Assembly (NCBI GenBank): GCA_050261115.1
Contig: JBLNCY010000019.1
Coordinates: 1-56,389, forward strand
DNA length: 56,389 nt
Source: Methanocella sp.
Lineage (GTDB): Archaea; Thermoproteota; Bathyarchaeia; Bathyarchaeales; Bathycorpusculaceae
Direction: 5' to 3'
The first letter of the stretch is position 1. Every line of letters starts with the position of its first letter. Under the pieces are notes generated by a model. That model saw only the letters and a list, made by a program, of their open reading frames with translations, was not told where the DNA came from and did no database searches. Below, in pieces: positions 19,171 to 26,998 of the stretch. The translations under genes were made by a program, and so were the position numbers.

Positions 19171-19599
19171 CTAGGGTTTCACGCCGCTTTTTTGGCGTGC
19201 CACATAGTCTTTTATCATTTTTTCATGCTCAAACGCCAACGGTGCAGGTAATGCGTCTAGGCTGAAGAGCTGCATTTGTTGGATTTCGCTGTCTTGTTTT
19301 TTGAGTTCTCCACCGATGGGCTGTACGACAAAGCAGGTGGGATAGTATTCGTATTCTATGCCGTCCCTGACGCCCTTCTCGACATATTCGCCGATTCTAT
19401 CGATGATTTTGGTGTCGAGTCCGGTTTCTTCTTTTACTTCTCGGATGACGGTTTGTTCGATGGTTTCTCCGGGATCCATGCGGCCCCCGGGTAGCGCCCA
19501 GTAACCCACAAACGGGCGGGTATTACGTTTTATTAGCAGGATTTTGTTGTCTGGGTAAGGGATGATAGCTGTTGAGGTTTTACCAGTATATCGTTTCAA
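19171..19599 (-). CDS. Nudix hydrolase
   Basis: Nudix box GGRMDPGETIEQTVIREVKEETGL; C-terminal LAFEH. Confidence 0.92.
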   Translation of the reverse strand: MKRYTGKTSTAIIPYPDNKILLIKRNTRPFVGYWALPGGRMDPGETIEQTVIREVKEETGLDTKIIDRIGEYVEKGVRDGIEYEYYPTCFVVQPIGGELKKQDSEIQQMQLFSLDALPAPLAFEHEKMIKDYVARQKSGVKP

Positions 19600-19609
19600 G
19601 GTGTTTCGC

Positions 19610-20398
19610 CTATAGTGATGTTTTCTTTCTCCAATTAATCACTACTGTCACCGCAAACAATACAATGCCGCATACGACGACCACTGGCCCTGGCGGCTGC
19701 TCTAGATAGCTGGCTAAAATGACCCCGGGCACGGCGGATACTAAGCCGAATACTGCGCTGAAAACCGCATAAGTCCGCATGTTAGTGCTTAAGTTTTTGG
19801 CAGCTATCGCTGGAACAATTACGAGGAAGCCAACAAGTAGGGTGCCGACTATCTGGATGCCGATAGCCACCACCAGCGAAACCAAAAACAGGTACAGCAG
19901 GTTTGTTTTGGCGACGTTTATGCCCTTAGATATGGCGAGGTCCTCTGAAACCATGGCCAGCACGAGTTTTCTGTAGATAAGTTTGGTTAAGACAATGGCC
20001 ACTACCGAGATAATGACGCCTGCTATGACGTGTAGGAAGGTGACTTGGGTGATATCTCCAAAGAGGGCTTCTTCGAGCGCTTCTAAATTGTCGCCCAAAA
20101 GCAGGATACCTATAGCTAGGGCGAGGGTAAACATTGCGCCCACTAAGGCTTCGAATGAGATTTTGGTCACCCGCTGAATATGCCAAATCAGCGCTGCAGA
20201 GGCAAAAAGAAAGGCGAAGGCTCCGACCAGCGGGTCAAAATTAAACAATATGCCGATGGCTATGCCTGGTAAGGCGACGTGTGAGAGGGCATCTCCGACC
20301 AGCGACATCTTTTCTAGAACCATCAGTGACCCCAAGTAGCCTGCGGAGACTCCGACGAACACTGCGGTTATTACGCTGTAGATTAGTGTCTCGGACAT
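19610..20398 (-). CDS. znuB: Zn/Mn ABC transporter permease (ZnuB-like)
   Basis: MSLVGDALSHVALPG, LFGDI, VGTLLV; start reset to the ATG at 20398, which overlaps the upstream stop (TAATG). Confidence 0.85.
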   Translation of the reverse strand: MSETLIYSVITAVFVGVSAGYLGSLMVLEKMSLVGDALSHVALPGIAIGILFNFDPLVGAFAFLFASAALIWHIQRVTKISFEALVGAMFTLALAIGILLLGDNLEALEEALFGDITQVTFLHVIAGVIISVVAIVLTKLIYRKLVLAMVSEDLAISKGINVAKTNLLYLFLVSLVVAIGIQIVGTLLVGFLVIVPAIAAKNLSTNMRTYAVFSAVFGLVSAVPGVILASYLEQPPGPVVVVCGIVLFAVTVVINWRKKTSL

Positions 20399-21090
20399 TA
20401 GGTTTCGCCTCTTATTGTTTCTAGGCATACGGGTTCACCGTAGATTCGGCGTTGGATTTCTGGTTTAGCGATGTCTGCGGATGGGCCGTAAAAGGTGAGG
20501 CATCGGTTTATGGCCAATAGGGTGTCGGTGTATTCTTCGACTATGTGGATGTTGTGGGTGATTAGCAGGGTGGTTATCTGTTGATTTTTTTTGAAATCGT
20601 CGAGCATAAGGTAGATGGGTTCTTCGGTGTCTATGTCGACGCCCGTGGTGGGCTCGTCTAGCAGCAGTACGTTAGGGTTGTCGTTTAGTGCCCAGGCAAT
20701 GAGGACTCGCCGCAGTTGCCCGCCGGAGAGCACCCCTAGACGCTTGTTTAGGATGCTTTTGTCGGTTAGCCGTACCCGTTCCAGGGCTTTTTCCACATCT
20801 GCACCGTTGCCGTTGGAGAGAAACTCCCGAACGGACATGGGCACATCAGCCACCGTAACGTACTGCGGAACATAACCAATCTTTACCTTCTCTGTCCATT
20901 CGATTTGGCCCGTGTATGGGACTCGATTGAGCAGTGCACGTAGTAGTACTGTTTTGCCAGCCCCGTTGGGGCCCAGGATGGCTAAGGTGGTTGCTTTTCT
21001 AACCCTAAAGCTGAGGTGGTCTATTAGCATCTGGTTCTGTATCTTAACCGTGAGGTTTGTGACCTTAAGAATAAAGTTGTCCTGGTTCAT
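20398..21090 (-). CDS. znuC: Zn/Mn ABC transporter ATP-binding subunit (ZnuC-like)
   Basis: Walker A GPNGAGKT, IGYVPQ, LSGGQ, LLLDEPTTGVD, ITH; probable start MNQD. Confidence 0.88.
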   Translation of the reverse strand: MNQDNFILKVTNLTVKIQNQMLIDHLSFRVRKATTLAILGPNGAGKTVLLRALLNRVPYTGQIEWTEKVKIGYVPQYVTVADVPMSVREFLSNGNGADVEKALERVRLTDKSILNKRLGVLSGGQLRRVLIAWALNDNPNVLLLDEPTTGVDIDTEEPIYLMLDDFKKNQQITTLLITHNIHIVEEYTDTLLAINRCLTFYGPSADIAKPEIQRRIYGEPVCLETIRGET

Positions 21091-21170
21091 ACAAATCAAA
21101 CTGGTGTACTTCTAAAAAGCGCGTGTCTAGTATGAGTGGAACTATCACAATAAGTCTTTTGGATTGCATA

Positions 21171-22784
21171 CTAAGCAGAGAGTTGAGCACTTAATTCTAG
21201 AACTTCACGCTCGGAGAGCCATCCGGCTTGCTGAAGGCCCCCCAGACCCGCTTTGGCGGCTTGCCTGAACTGGTCATTGTGTAACAGGTTGTTTTCTGTG
21301 CCTAAACGCCACAGTTGCCCTTCAAAGGCAGTACTCTGCTGTGAAAGTTCTTCAGCTTTAGCTACAAGCGAGGCGATGGCTCTGAAGCGGGGGATAATCA
21401 TTTCTTTTGCCTTAGATACCCCTAGAGCGCCGCGTAGTTTAGCTGAGAAATCAAACGCTGCCAACACAGAAGGCGGAATGCACAAATAACGCTTAGAATA
21501 GGTCGCTTGGTAACACACTGCGTAGAATGGAACATATAGCAGCATTGAAGTTTTAATGTGGCTTCCATGGAGTGTTAAGCCTTCAAATGCGCATGCAGTC
21601 GCCTCACGCAGCTTGATGCTACTTTCCATACCCTCAACAACCGGTTTCTCACAGGCTACTAGACGGTTACTTTCCTGCTTGTAGGCGAACACCTTTTGGT
21701 CACGCTCAGATTCCAAGTCAACAATCGGCTGTTTTACCTGTTTTAGCGTTGCTTCGAGTTCGCCATTAAGGTTTGTTACCTCAGCGGCTTTTTGGCGAAT
21801 CAGCCTGTTTATGTCGTTCTCAAGATTTTTTAGCGCTTTTTTGTGTGAAGATAACTCTTTCTCCTCGTCTTTTGCTTTGTCTTTCCAGCGCTTTTCATAG
21901 ACCTCGTGTCCTTTTTTACCTGCAGCTTTGGCGTTCTTCTCAAATACCCGAATGTTTGCTTCCGCTGAAGCGATGGCTTTCTCGGTTTTTTTCACTTGTT
22001 TCTGAAGCTCTTCGATAGCTTTGTCAAAGTTTGATGAGAGAGCTTTTATTTTTCGGTGGAATTCTCGGGTTAGCTTTACAGTTTCTGGGTTGACGAATTC
22101 TTGGGTTGCCTTGATTTTTGCGTCTGCTTCTTCTTTGGCTGCGGTGGCGTCGAACTCGATTTCTGTTAAGTATTGGCCGGTGATTTTTTTCACTAGCTTG
22201 AGGGATTCTGACAATGCGTTGTTATCGGCGGATAGGTGGGCTAATAGTTCATCCAGCGCTGAAAAGTTGGCTGAGATTGCGGCCTCTTCAAGGATAGGGG
22301 AGAGTAGGGTGTTGGATTGGGTTGGTTCGGTGGCTTCTCTTTGATATATGCTAAGTTCGTTGTAGAACTCTCGGTTTTCAATTAACCCCCTTAAGACAAA
22401 TTGCCGATTTTGGGGGGGTTGCTGGAAGTAGTTTTGGTGGTCACAGAGAAAAGAGGTGTAGGAGTCGCGTGGAAGCTGGTATTTTTGGAGGTTCTCCATA
22501 AATTTGGTTGCAGACGGCGCCTCATCATAGGAGACACTGTAGCTAAAGCAGCCTAAGCCATCAAAAGCCAGCGTTGAACCATTATTCTTAGTGTAAACCC
22601 AAATGGGATAGCCGAGTTGAGCGATGAATAAGGTAGTTTCTTGAGATTGCCTGTTAAATATGCCGCCCCCTCTGCCGCGGTTAAGCTCCGCTACAGTAAA
22701 AACTAGTGCTGCCTCTATTTCCGCCGTTTTAGTTTTGGGGTTGGAGAATGGTAGACTGAGGCGTTTACTGGCAGAGGGTAACAT
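21171..22784 (-). CDS. Hypothetical protein with a long central coiled coil
   Basis: 537-aa ORF; K/E/A-rich heptad region about aa 180-390 between globular ends; no Walker motifs. Confidence 0.75.
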   Translation of the reverse strand: MLPSASKRLSLPFSNPKTKTAEIEAALVFTVAELNRGRGGGIFNRQSQETTLFIAQLGYPIWVYTKNNGSTLAFDGLGCFSYSVSYDEAPSATKFMENLQKYQLPRDSYTSFLCDHQNYFQQPPQNRQFVLRGLIENREFYNELSIYQREATEPTQSNTLLSPILEEAAISANFSALDELLAHLSADNNALSESLKLVKKITGQYLTEIEFDATAAKEEADAKIKATQEFVNPETVKLTREFHRKIKALSSNFDKAIEELQKQVKKTEKAIASAEANIRVFEKNAKAAGKKGHEVYEKRWKDKAKDEEKELSSHKKALKNLENDINRLIRQKAAEVTNLNGELEATLKQVKQPIVDLESERDQKVFAYKQESNRLVACEKPVVEGMESSIKLREATACAFEGLTLHGSHIKTSMLLYVPFYAVCYQATYSKRYLCIPPSVLAAFDFSAKLRGALGVSKAKEMIIPRFRAIASLVAKAEELSQQSTAFEGQLWRLGTENNLLHNDQFRQAAKAGLGGLQQAGWLSEREVLELSAQLSA

Positions 22785-22963
22785 TAGGTTCAGTGGTTAG
22801 GTATTGAGTGCTGCTTTTTTAAAATTATCCCAAATTATTGCAGAGTTGCCCCGCTGACATACGCATATACAGAGCAGTCACCACACATCTGCCGCTTGGA
22901 AGATAATGGGCTAGACAGCTCTGTGCGGAATCGTTATAACCGCTAAGCAAGTAATCAGTAACT

Positions 22964-23770
22964 ATGCAAAACATCAATGCGCTCTTCATACTCCAACCAG
23001 TCCTCACCATCCTAATCGCCGTTGTATTGATGATTTACTGGTACCGAAAACGCCGCTTCCACATAAACGTCTGGCTCTACTCGCTGGTGGCATACGCCAT
23101 AGCCATCGCCCTAAAATACGCCGTTCAAATACCCACCGCAGGCTTTCTGGTGGGAGCAAGCGATTATGTGGTTGGTTTGTATGTTGGGCTGCAAACCATG
23201 TTCTTTGAAGTGGGCCTTGCTTATCTTGTTGCGCGGTTTGCGATAAATCGGGGGAAAATGACTCGACGCGATGCTGAAGCGTATGGTTCAGGGTTGGGCT
23301 TTTGGGAGAACGTAGGTTTCATCGGCATACTCGGACTCATCAACATAGTCTCAATCTACGCTATACTCTCAAACGGCGGCGCCCTCGCTGACACCGTCTA
23401 TACCCAGCTTATGGAGGCTCAGCCCGAGCTCTTTGCATCCACCGCCGCCGCGTTGGGGCTGGTTGGGCTTGGCGTGCTTGAGCGTATCTCGTCACTGCTG
23501 ATTCATGTAGCGTGGGGTTACCTTTGCTTTATGGCCGTACTCTACCGCAAAAAGATACTGTTTGCTATTGCGTTACCGATGGGGATGATTGATTTCTTGG
23601 TGCCCTTTGCTGGCGAGAACTTTATCCTGTTTGAGGCTGTGATTTTTGCGTTAGCAGTAGCTTCGGTGTTTGTCGCATGGTTTGCCACGAAAAAAGTTTG
23701 CAAAGACAACCCGCCGCCTTCGACTCCAACAATTCCAAGTCCGCCTCCAACCGAACCCGCATCTATGTAG
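22964..23770 (+). CDS. YhfC-family intramembrane glutamic protease-like protein
   Basis: Multi-TM; FFEVG, AYGSGLGFWEN and LERISSLLIH motifs. Confidence 0.7.
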   Translation: MQNINALFILQPVLTILIAVVLMIYWYRKRRFHINVWLYSLVAYAIAIALKYAVQIPTAGFLVGASDYVVGLYVGLQTMFFEVGLAYLVARFAINRGKMTRRDAEAYGSGLGFWENVGFIGILGLINIVSIYAILSNGGALADTVYTQLMEAQPELFASTAAALGLVGLGVLERISSLLIHVAWGYLCFMAVLYRKKILFAIALPMGMIDFLVPFAGENFILFEAVIFALAVASVFVAWFATKKVCKDNPPPSTPTIPSPPPTEPASM

Positions 23771-23852
23771 ACCCCTGCGGTTGCTTGGTTCACCTGAGGG
23801 ATTTACGAAAAGCTTATCCCTAAACACTCTAGAATACAAAGAGGGTAGTGTA

Positions 23853-24620
23853 ATGTCGCTTGAATCAGGCAAAAAACTCTGCTACATAGCCAGCATCATC
23901 AATATAATACTCCCAGTAGTAATTGCTGTTGCTGTTTTGTCGTTTTACATAAGTTTAATTGGAAGTATAATCGCCAGTAGAGCGATGGCACCCTCATTAT
24001 TTGGGGGCCTCTATTCAGGGATAATTGCACTATGCGTGGTTAGCGGTGTTTTAGGGATAACGGCCCTTATTCTATTTTTAGTAGGGATGAATCGACTATC
24101 GAGATATTATAACGAGCCCTCTATCGTTAATAACCCACTAAGGGCACTCATAATACAAATCATCGCTGGCGCCGTTTTTCTAGTAATCTATTTTTTGATT
24201 ATAATCTACGCTTTGGGCAGCGCAATCGCAGGCGCATTCTCATCCACAAACGGCCCTGCCAACTTGCTTAGCCTCTTTGGGATTTACGCAATAATCCTTG
24301 TGGTATACATCGTCATCGGGGTTTATTGCGGATTACTCTACAAACGCGGTTTTGACGGGTTAGCCGAGAAATCGGGTGTAGATACCTTTAGGACAGCCGG
24401 CTTACTCTACTTAATCGGCACAATAATACCTGTCATCGGCTGGATTGCCTGGATCTTTGCCGCTCTAGGCTACCGCAAACTATCCCTCAAACAGGCCACA
24501 ACATTCCCTACCTATTATACACCCGCCCCCTCAACGGAAGCTAAAAAGCGCTGTGTAAACTGTGGCACAGAAAACCCACCTGACGCATTTTACTGCAGCC
24601 ACTGCGGCAGGCAACTTTAA
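23853..24620 (+). CDS. DUF996-like membrane protein with C-terminal zinc ribbon
   Basis: LSRYYNEPSI and LAEKSGVDTFRTAGLLYLIG motifs; CVNCG...YCSHCG. Start reset to the ATG at 23853. Confidence 0.75.
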   Translation: MSLESGKKLCYIASIINIILPVVIAVAVLSFYISLIGSIIASRAMAPSLFGGLYSGIIALCVVSGVLGITALILFLVGMNRLSRYYNEPSIVNNPLRALIIQIIAGAVFLVIYFLIIIYALGSAIAGAFSSTNGPANLLSLFGIYAIILVVYIVIGVYCGLLYKRGFDGLAEKSGVDTFRTAGLLYLIGTIIPVIGWIAWIFAALGYRKLSLKQATTFPTYYTPAPSTEAKKRCVNCGTENPPDAFYCSHCGRQL

Positions 24621-24702
24621 CGCTAGCAACGCTGTTGGTCGTTTCATAAAAAATCTTATTAGGCGGGGGTAGCTTCCCTTTCTGGAGTAGGATCTGATTT
24701 TT

Positions 24703-25683
24703 ATGGCAGCTAAAATAACGCCCGAGTATACGGATTTGCTAAACCAGGCGGTTGAAAGAGAGTTCCAAGTATCAATTCAGTATTTCCTTCAACACGCAAA
24801 AATGGAGAAACTAAAACAACGCAAAATCCCCGAAAACATCTTACTTGACAAAACCGTCTATGATGTCTTCGGCAAAACCCTCCACGAAATTTCAATCCAT
24901 GAAATGAAGCACGCCGCCGACATCATGGAACGCATCTACTATCTCGGTGGCGAAGCAACCACCAAATCCAAGCAGCCCCAAATAGGCAACAGCATAAGCG
25001 AATTCGCCAAACTAGGCGCATCAGCCGAAGAAGAAGCCCTAATGCTATACAGAAAAATCATTGAAATGTCAGGCCAGCTAGGCGATTGGGAAACCCGCCA
25101 ATTATTCGAAAAAATCTACAAAGACGAAGAAGCACATCTATTCAAGTTCCAAGAGTACACCGCCTTCAAAGACGAAACCGAAGAGCCTTATCGTGTTCCG
25201 ATGCCTGAGTGGCGCAAAATCTTCACTGACGACTACATCGCATTACTCAACAAGGCGGTAGCGGCCGAAATCGCTGGCATCATCCAATACACTAACCAGC
25301 ATGAAAAAGCAGCCCTCCTTGAACTTCGCATGAGAAAAACACCCCTCGAGGCAATTCAGGACTCCAACACCGCTGAAGTCGTCAGCAAAATCCTAAAAGA
25401 CATCTCTATGATCGAGATGAAGCATCTGGAAATGATCAGCGAACGCATCTACCTAATCGAGGGCGAAGCAGCCACAAACCCGGAGCCTCTACCCATGGTT
25501 GGCGAGACAGTGTTTGATATGCTACGCTTTGACCATGCGTTAGAGAGTACGGCAATTTCGCTGTATCGGGAAATTATTGCTGAGGCGCTCAAGCGGGGCG
25601 ACACTACTACTCGGCTGATGTTTGAGAAGATTGTTACGCAGGAAGAGGAGCACTTCTGGACGTTTGACGACTTTGTTAAGTAA
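24703..25683 (+). CDS. Tandem two-domain ferritin-like (bacterioferritin/DpsL-type) protein
   Basis: Two repeats, each with E..(S/I)IQY..QH, EMKH..I.ERI, E..A..LY and EE.H di-iron ligand patterns. Confidence 0.85.
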   Translation: MAAKITPEYTDLLNQAVEREFQVSIQYFLQHAKMEKLKQRKIPENILLDKTVYDVFGKTLHEISIHEMKHAADIMERIYYLGGEATTKSKQPQIGNSISEFAKLGASAEEEALMLYRKIIEMSGQLGDWETRQLFEKIYKDEEAHLFKFQEYTAFKDETEEPYRVPMPEWRKIFTDDYIALLNKAVAAEIAGIIQYTNQHEKAALLELRMRKTPLEAIQDSNTAEVVSKILKDISMIEMKHLEMISERIYLIEGEAATNPEPLPMVGETVFDMLRFDHALESTAISLYREIIAEALKRGDTTTRLMFEKIVTQEEEHFWTFDDFVK

Positions 25684-25830
25684 GCTCAAACGCTCTTTTC
25701 TTCCCTTTTTTGATTAATCTATAGGCTATAAACAACCTTTTTCCTATGGGCTTAGTGCTAAAGCGCTTGTTTGGGTTTTTTCAAGGCAGGTTTTGCGGGT
25801 TATTTTCAAGTATGGGTTCAACCCGGTTTA

Positions 25831-25897
25831 CTCTATATATGAGGGAGGAGGTTGTCTGTGAGAGCAACAGAACAAACAGACCGCCGCCTTCTTCATA
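25831..25897 (+). repeat. Dispersed intergenic repeat, copy 1, forming a 22-bp imperfect hairpin
   Basis: ctctatatatgagggaggaggt + 10 nt + agcaacaga; arms 25838-25859 and 25876-25897 pair with 3 G-U and 2 mismatches. Confidence 0.65.
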
Positions 25898-25990
25898 GAA
25901 TTCTGCTAAAGAGCATATCCCTTGTTTCATTACATAACATAACGGGGCAATCGCTTAGTTGTGCCGTTTTGTAAAGTCGCTTGACAGCAC

Positions 25991-26173
25991 TTATTCTTTG
26001 GATTTCTTGCCCTGCTGCTTAGCTGACCCGCGTGCGATTCGCTTGATTTCTGTTGGCGACCTGCCACCTCTTGACGCTGATACATTCTCTGATTCAGGTA
26101 CCGCTGGCTTCTCAGGAATCCGCTCTATCCTATGAATGTTCTCCCCATGGCGACGATGAATATTCTTAGACAT
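25991..26173 (-). CDS. Small basic hypothetical protein (~60 aa)
   Basis: ATG at 26173 preceded by a GGTGGT RBS-like sequence; MSKNIHRRHGE...KKSKE; downstream of nadX on the same strand. Confidence 0.5.
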   Translation of the reverse strand: MSKNIHRRHGENIHRIERIPEKPAVPESENVSASRGGRSPTEIKRIARGSAKQQGKKSKE

Positions 26174-26254
26174 AAAACCACCAAACCAAGCAACAAACTG
26201 AAGCCGATAAGGGTTTGTGGCTTCAAACAGTAGCAACCCGCGCAATCGGGGCCC

Positions 26255-26989
26255 TTATTTTAGCAGGGTTTGCAGTAACCTTATCGCAGCCCAAGCCGCT
26301 AACGCGCTAGTATGCGGATTATCGGGATGGGGCATATTTGCAAAGCGAAGCATCATGTCACCGTAACGCCATTTGACGACTATTTCATGAGTATTGCGCA
26401 CGGTTTTGGGGTCAACAACCACCTTTACCCTCACTTTAGCGGGCTTAACCGTTAATGCAAGCGTGGCAGCCACATTCATCTCACGCGGAAACCGCCTTGC
26501 AGCCTCTTCAGCGTCACCTTCGAAAGTCACCGTTTCCTCGGCGACTTGTTTGCCAAGCGCTTTGGGGCTCTTGCGCGTTGTCAACAAGACTTCGTCGATA
26601 CCCGCATTAGCGGCGGCAGCGATAGCATCAAGCCCTCCGATGGCACCAGCGGGGAAATGAACCCGAGGATTACTTACGTCATGGTCAAGGAGGGCACCAG
26701 TACTCATGAAGATAAGCTCGGCACCCGAAGCCACAAGCTTATCATAATACTCATGCACCGCCCCCTGACCAGCCGCTTCAACAATCACAGCAGGTTCGGC
26801 TTCCAAAAGAGCCTCTACACTTGGAACAATACTGACGGGGCCCTTTAGGCGGTCATTGAGTTTGATAGCTTGCTCAACTGCAACATCGTAGACTATGAGT
26901 TCGTCGCAGACCACAATTTTGCGGTCAATAGCCTCAGCCAGCACTGTACCGATGGCGCCGCAGCCTATCAAACCAACCTTCTTTGCCAT
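26255..26989 (-). CDS. nadX: L-aspartate dehydrogenase
   Basis: GLIGCGAIG, VEAAG, MSTGAL, GAIGGLD, FP..MNVAA, NTHEI, HPDNPHTSALAA. Confidence 0.9.
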   Translation of the reverse strand: MAKKVGLIGCGAIGTVLAEAIDRKIVVCDELIVYDVAVEQAIKLNDRLKGPVSIVPSVEALLEAEPAVIVEAAGQGAVHEYYDKLVASGAELIFMSTGALLDHDVSNPRVHFPAGAIGGLDAIAAAANAGIDEVLLTTRKSPKALGKQVAEETVTFEGDAEEAARRFPREMNVAATLALTVKPAKVRVKVVVDPKTVRNTHEIVVKWRYGDMMLRFANMPHPDNPHTSALAAWAAIRLLQTLLK

Positions 26990-26998
26990 AGCAGCCGC

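Noticed and set aside
23670-23852. Extended N-termini in the ORF track (also 48502, 48977, 55942, 20428, 26245)
   Set aside because: Most overlap upstream genes; downstream starts fit RBS position and/or family domain boundaries better.
25812-25830. gggttcaaccc resembling a tRNA T-arm
   Set aside because: No 5-bp stem with 7-nt loop and no cloverleaf around it.
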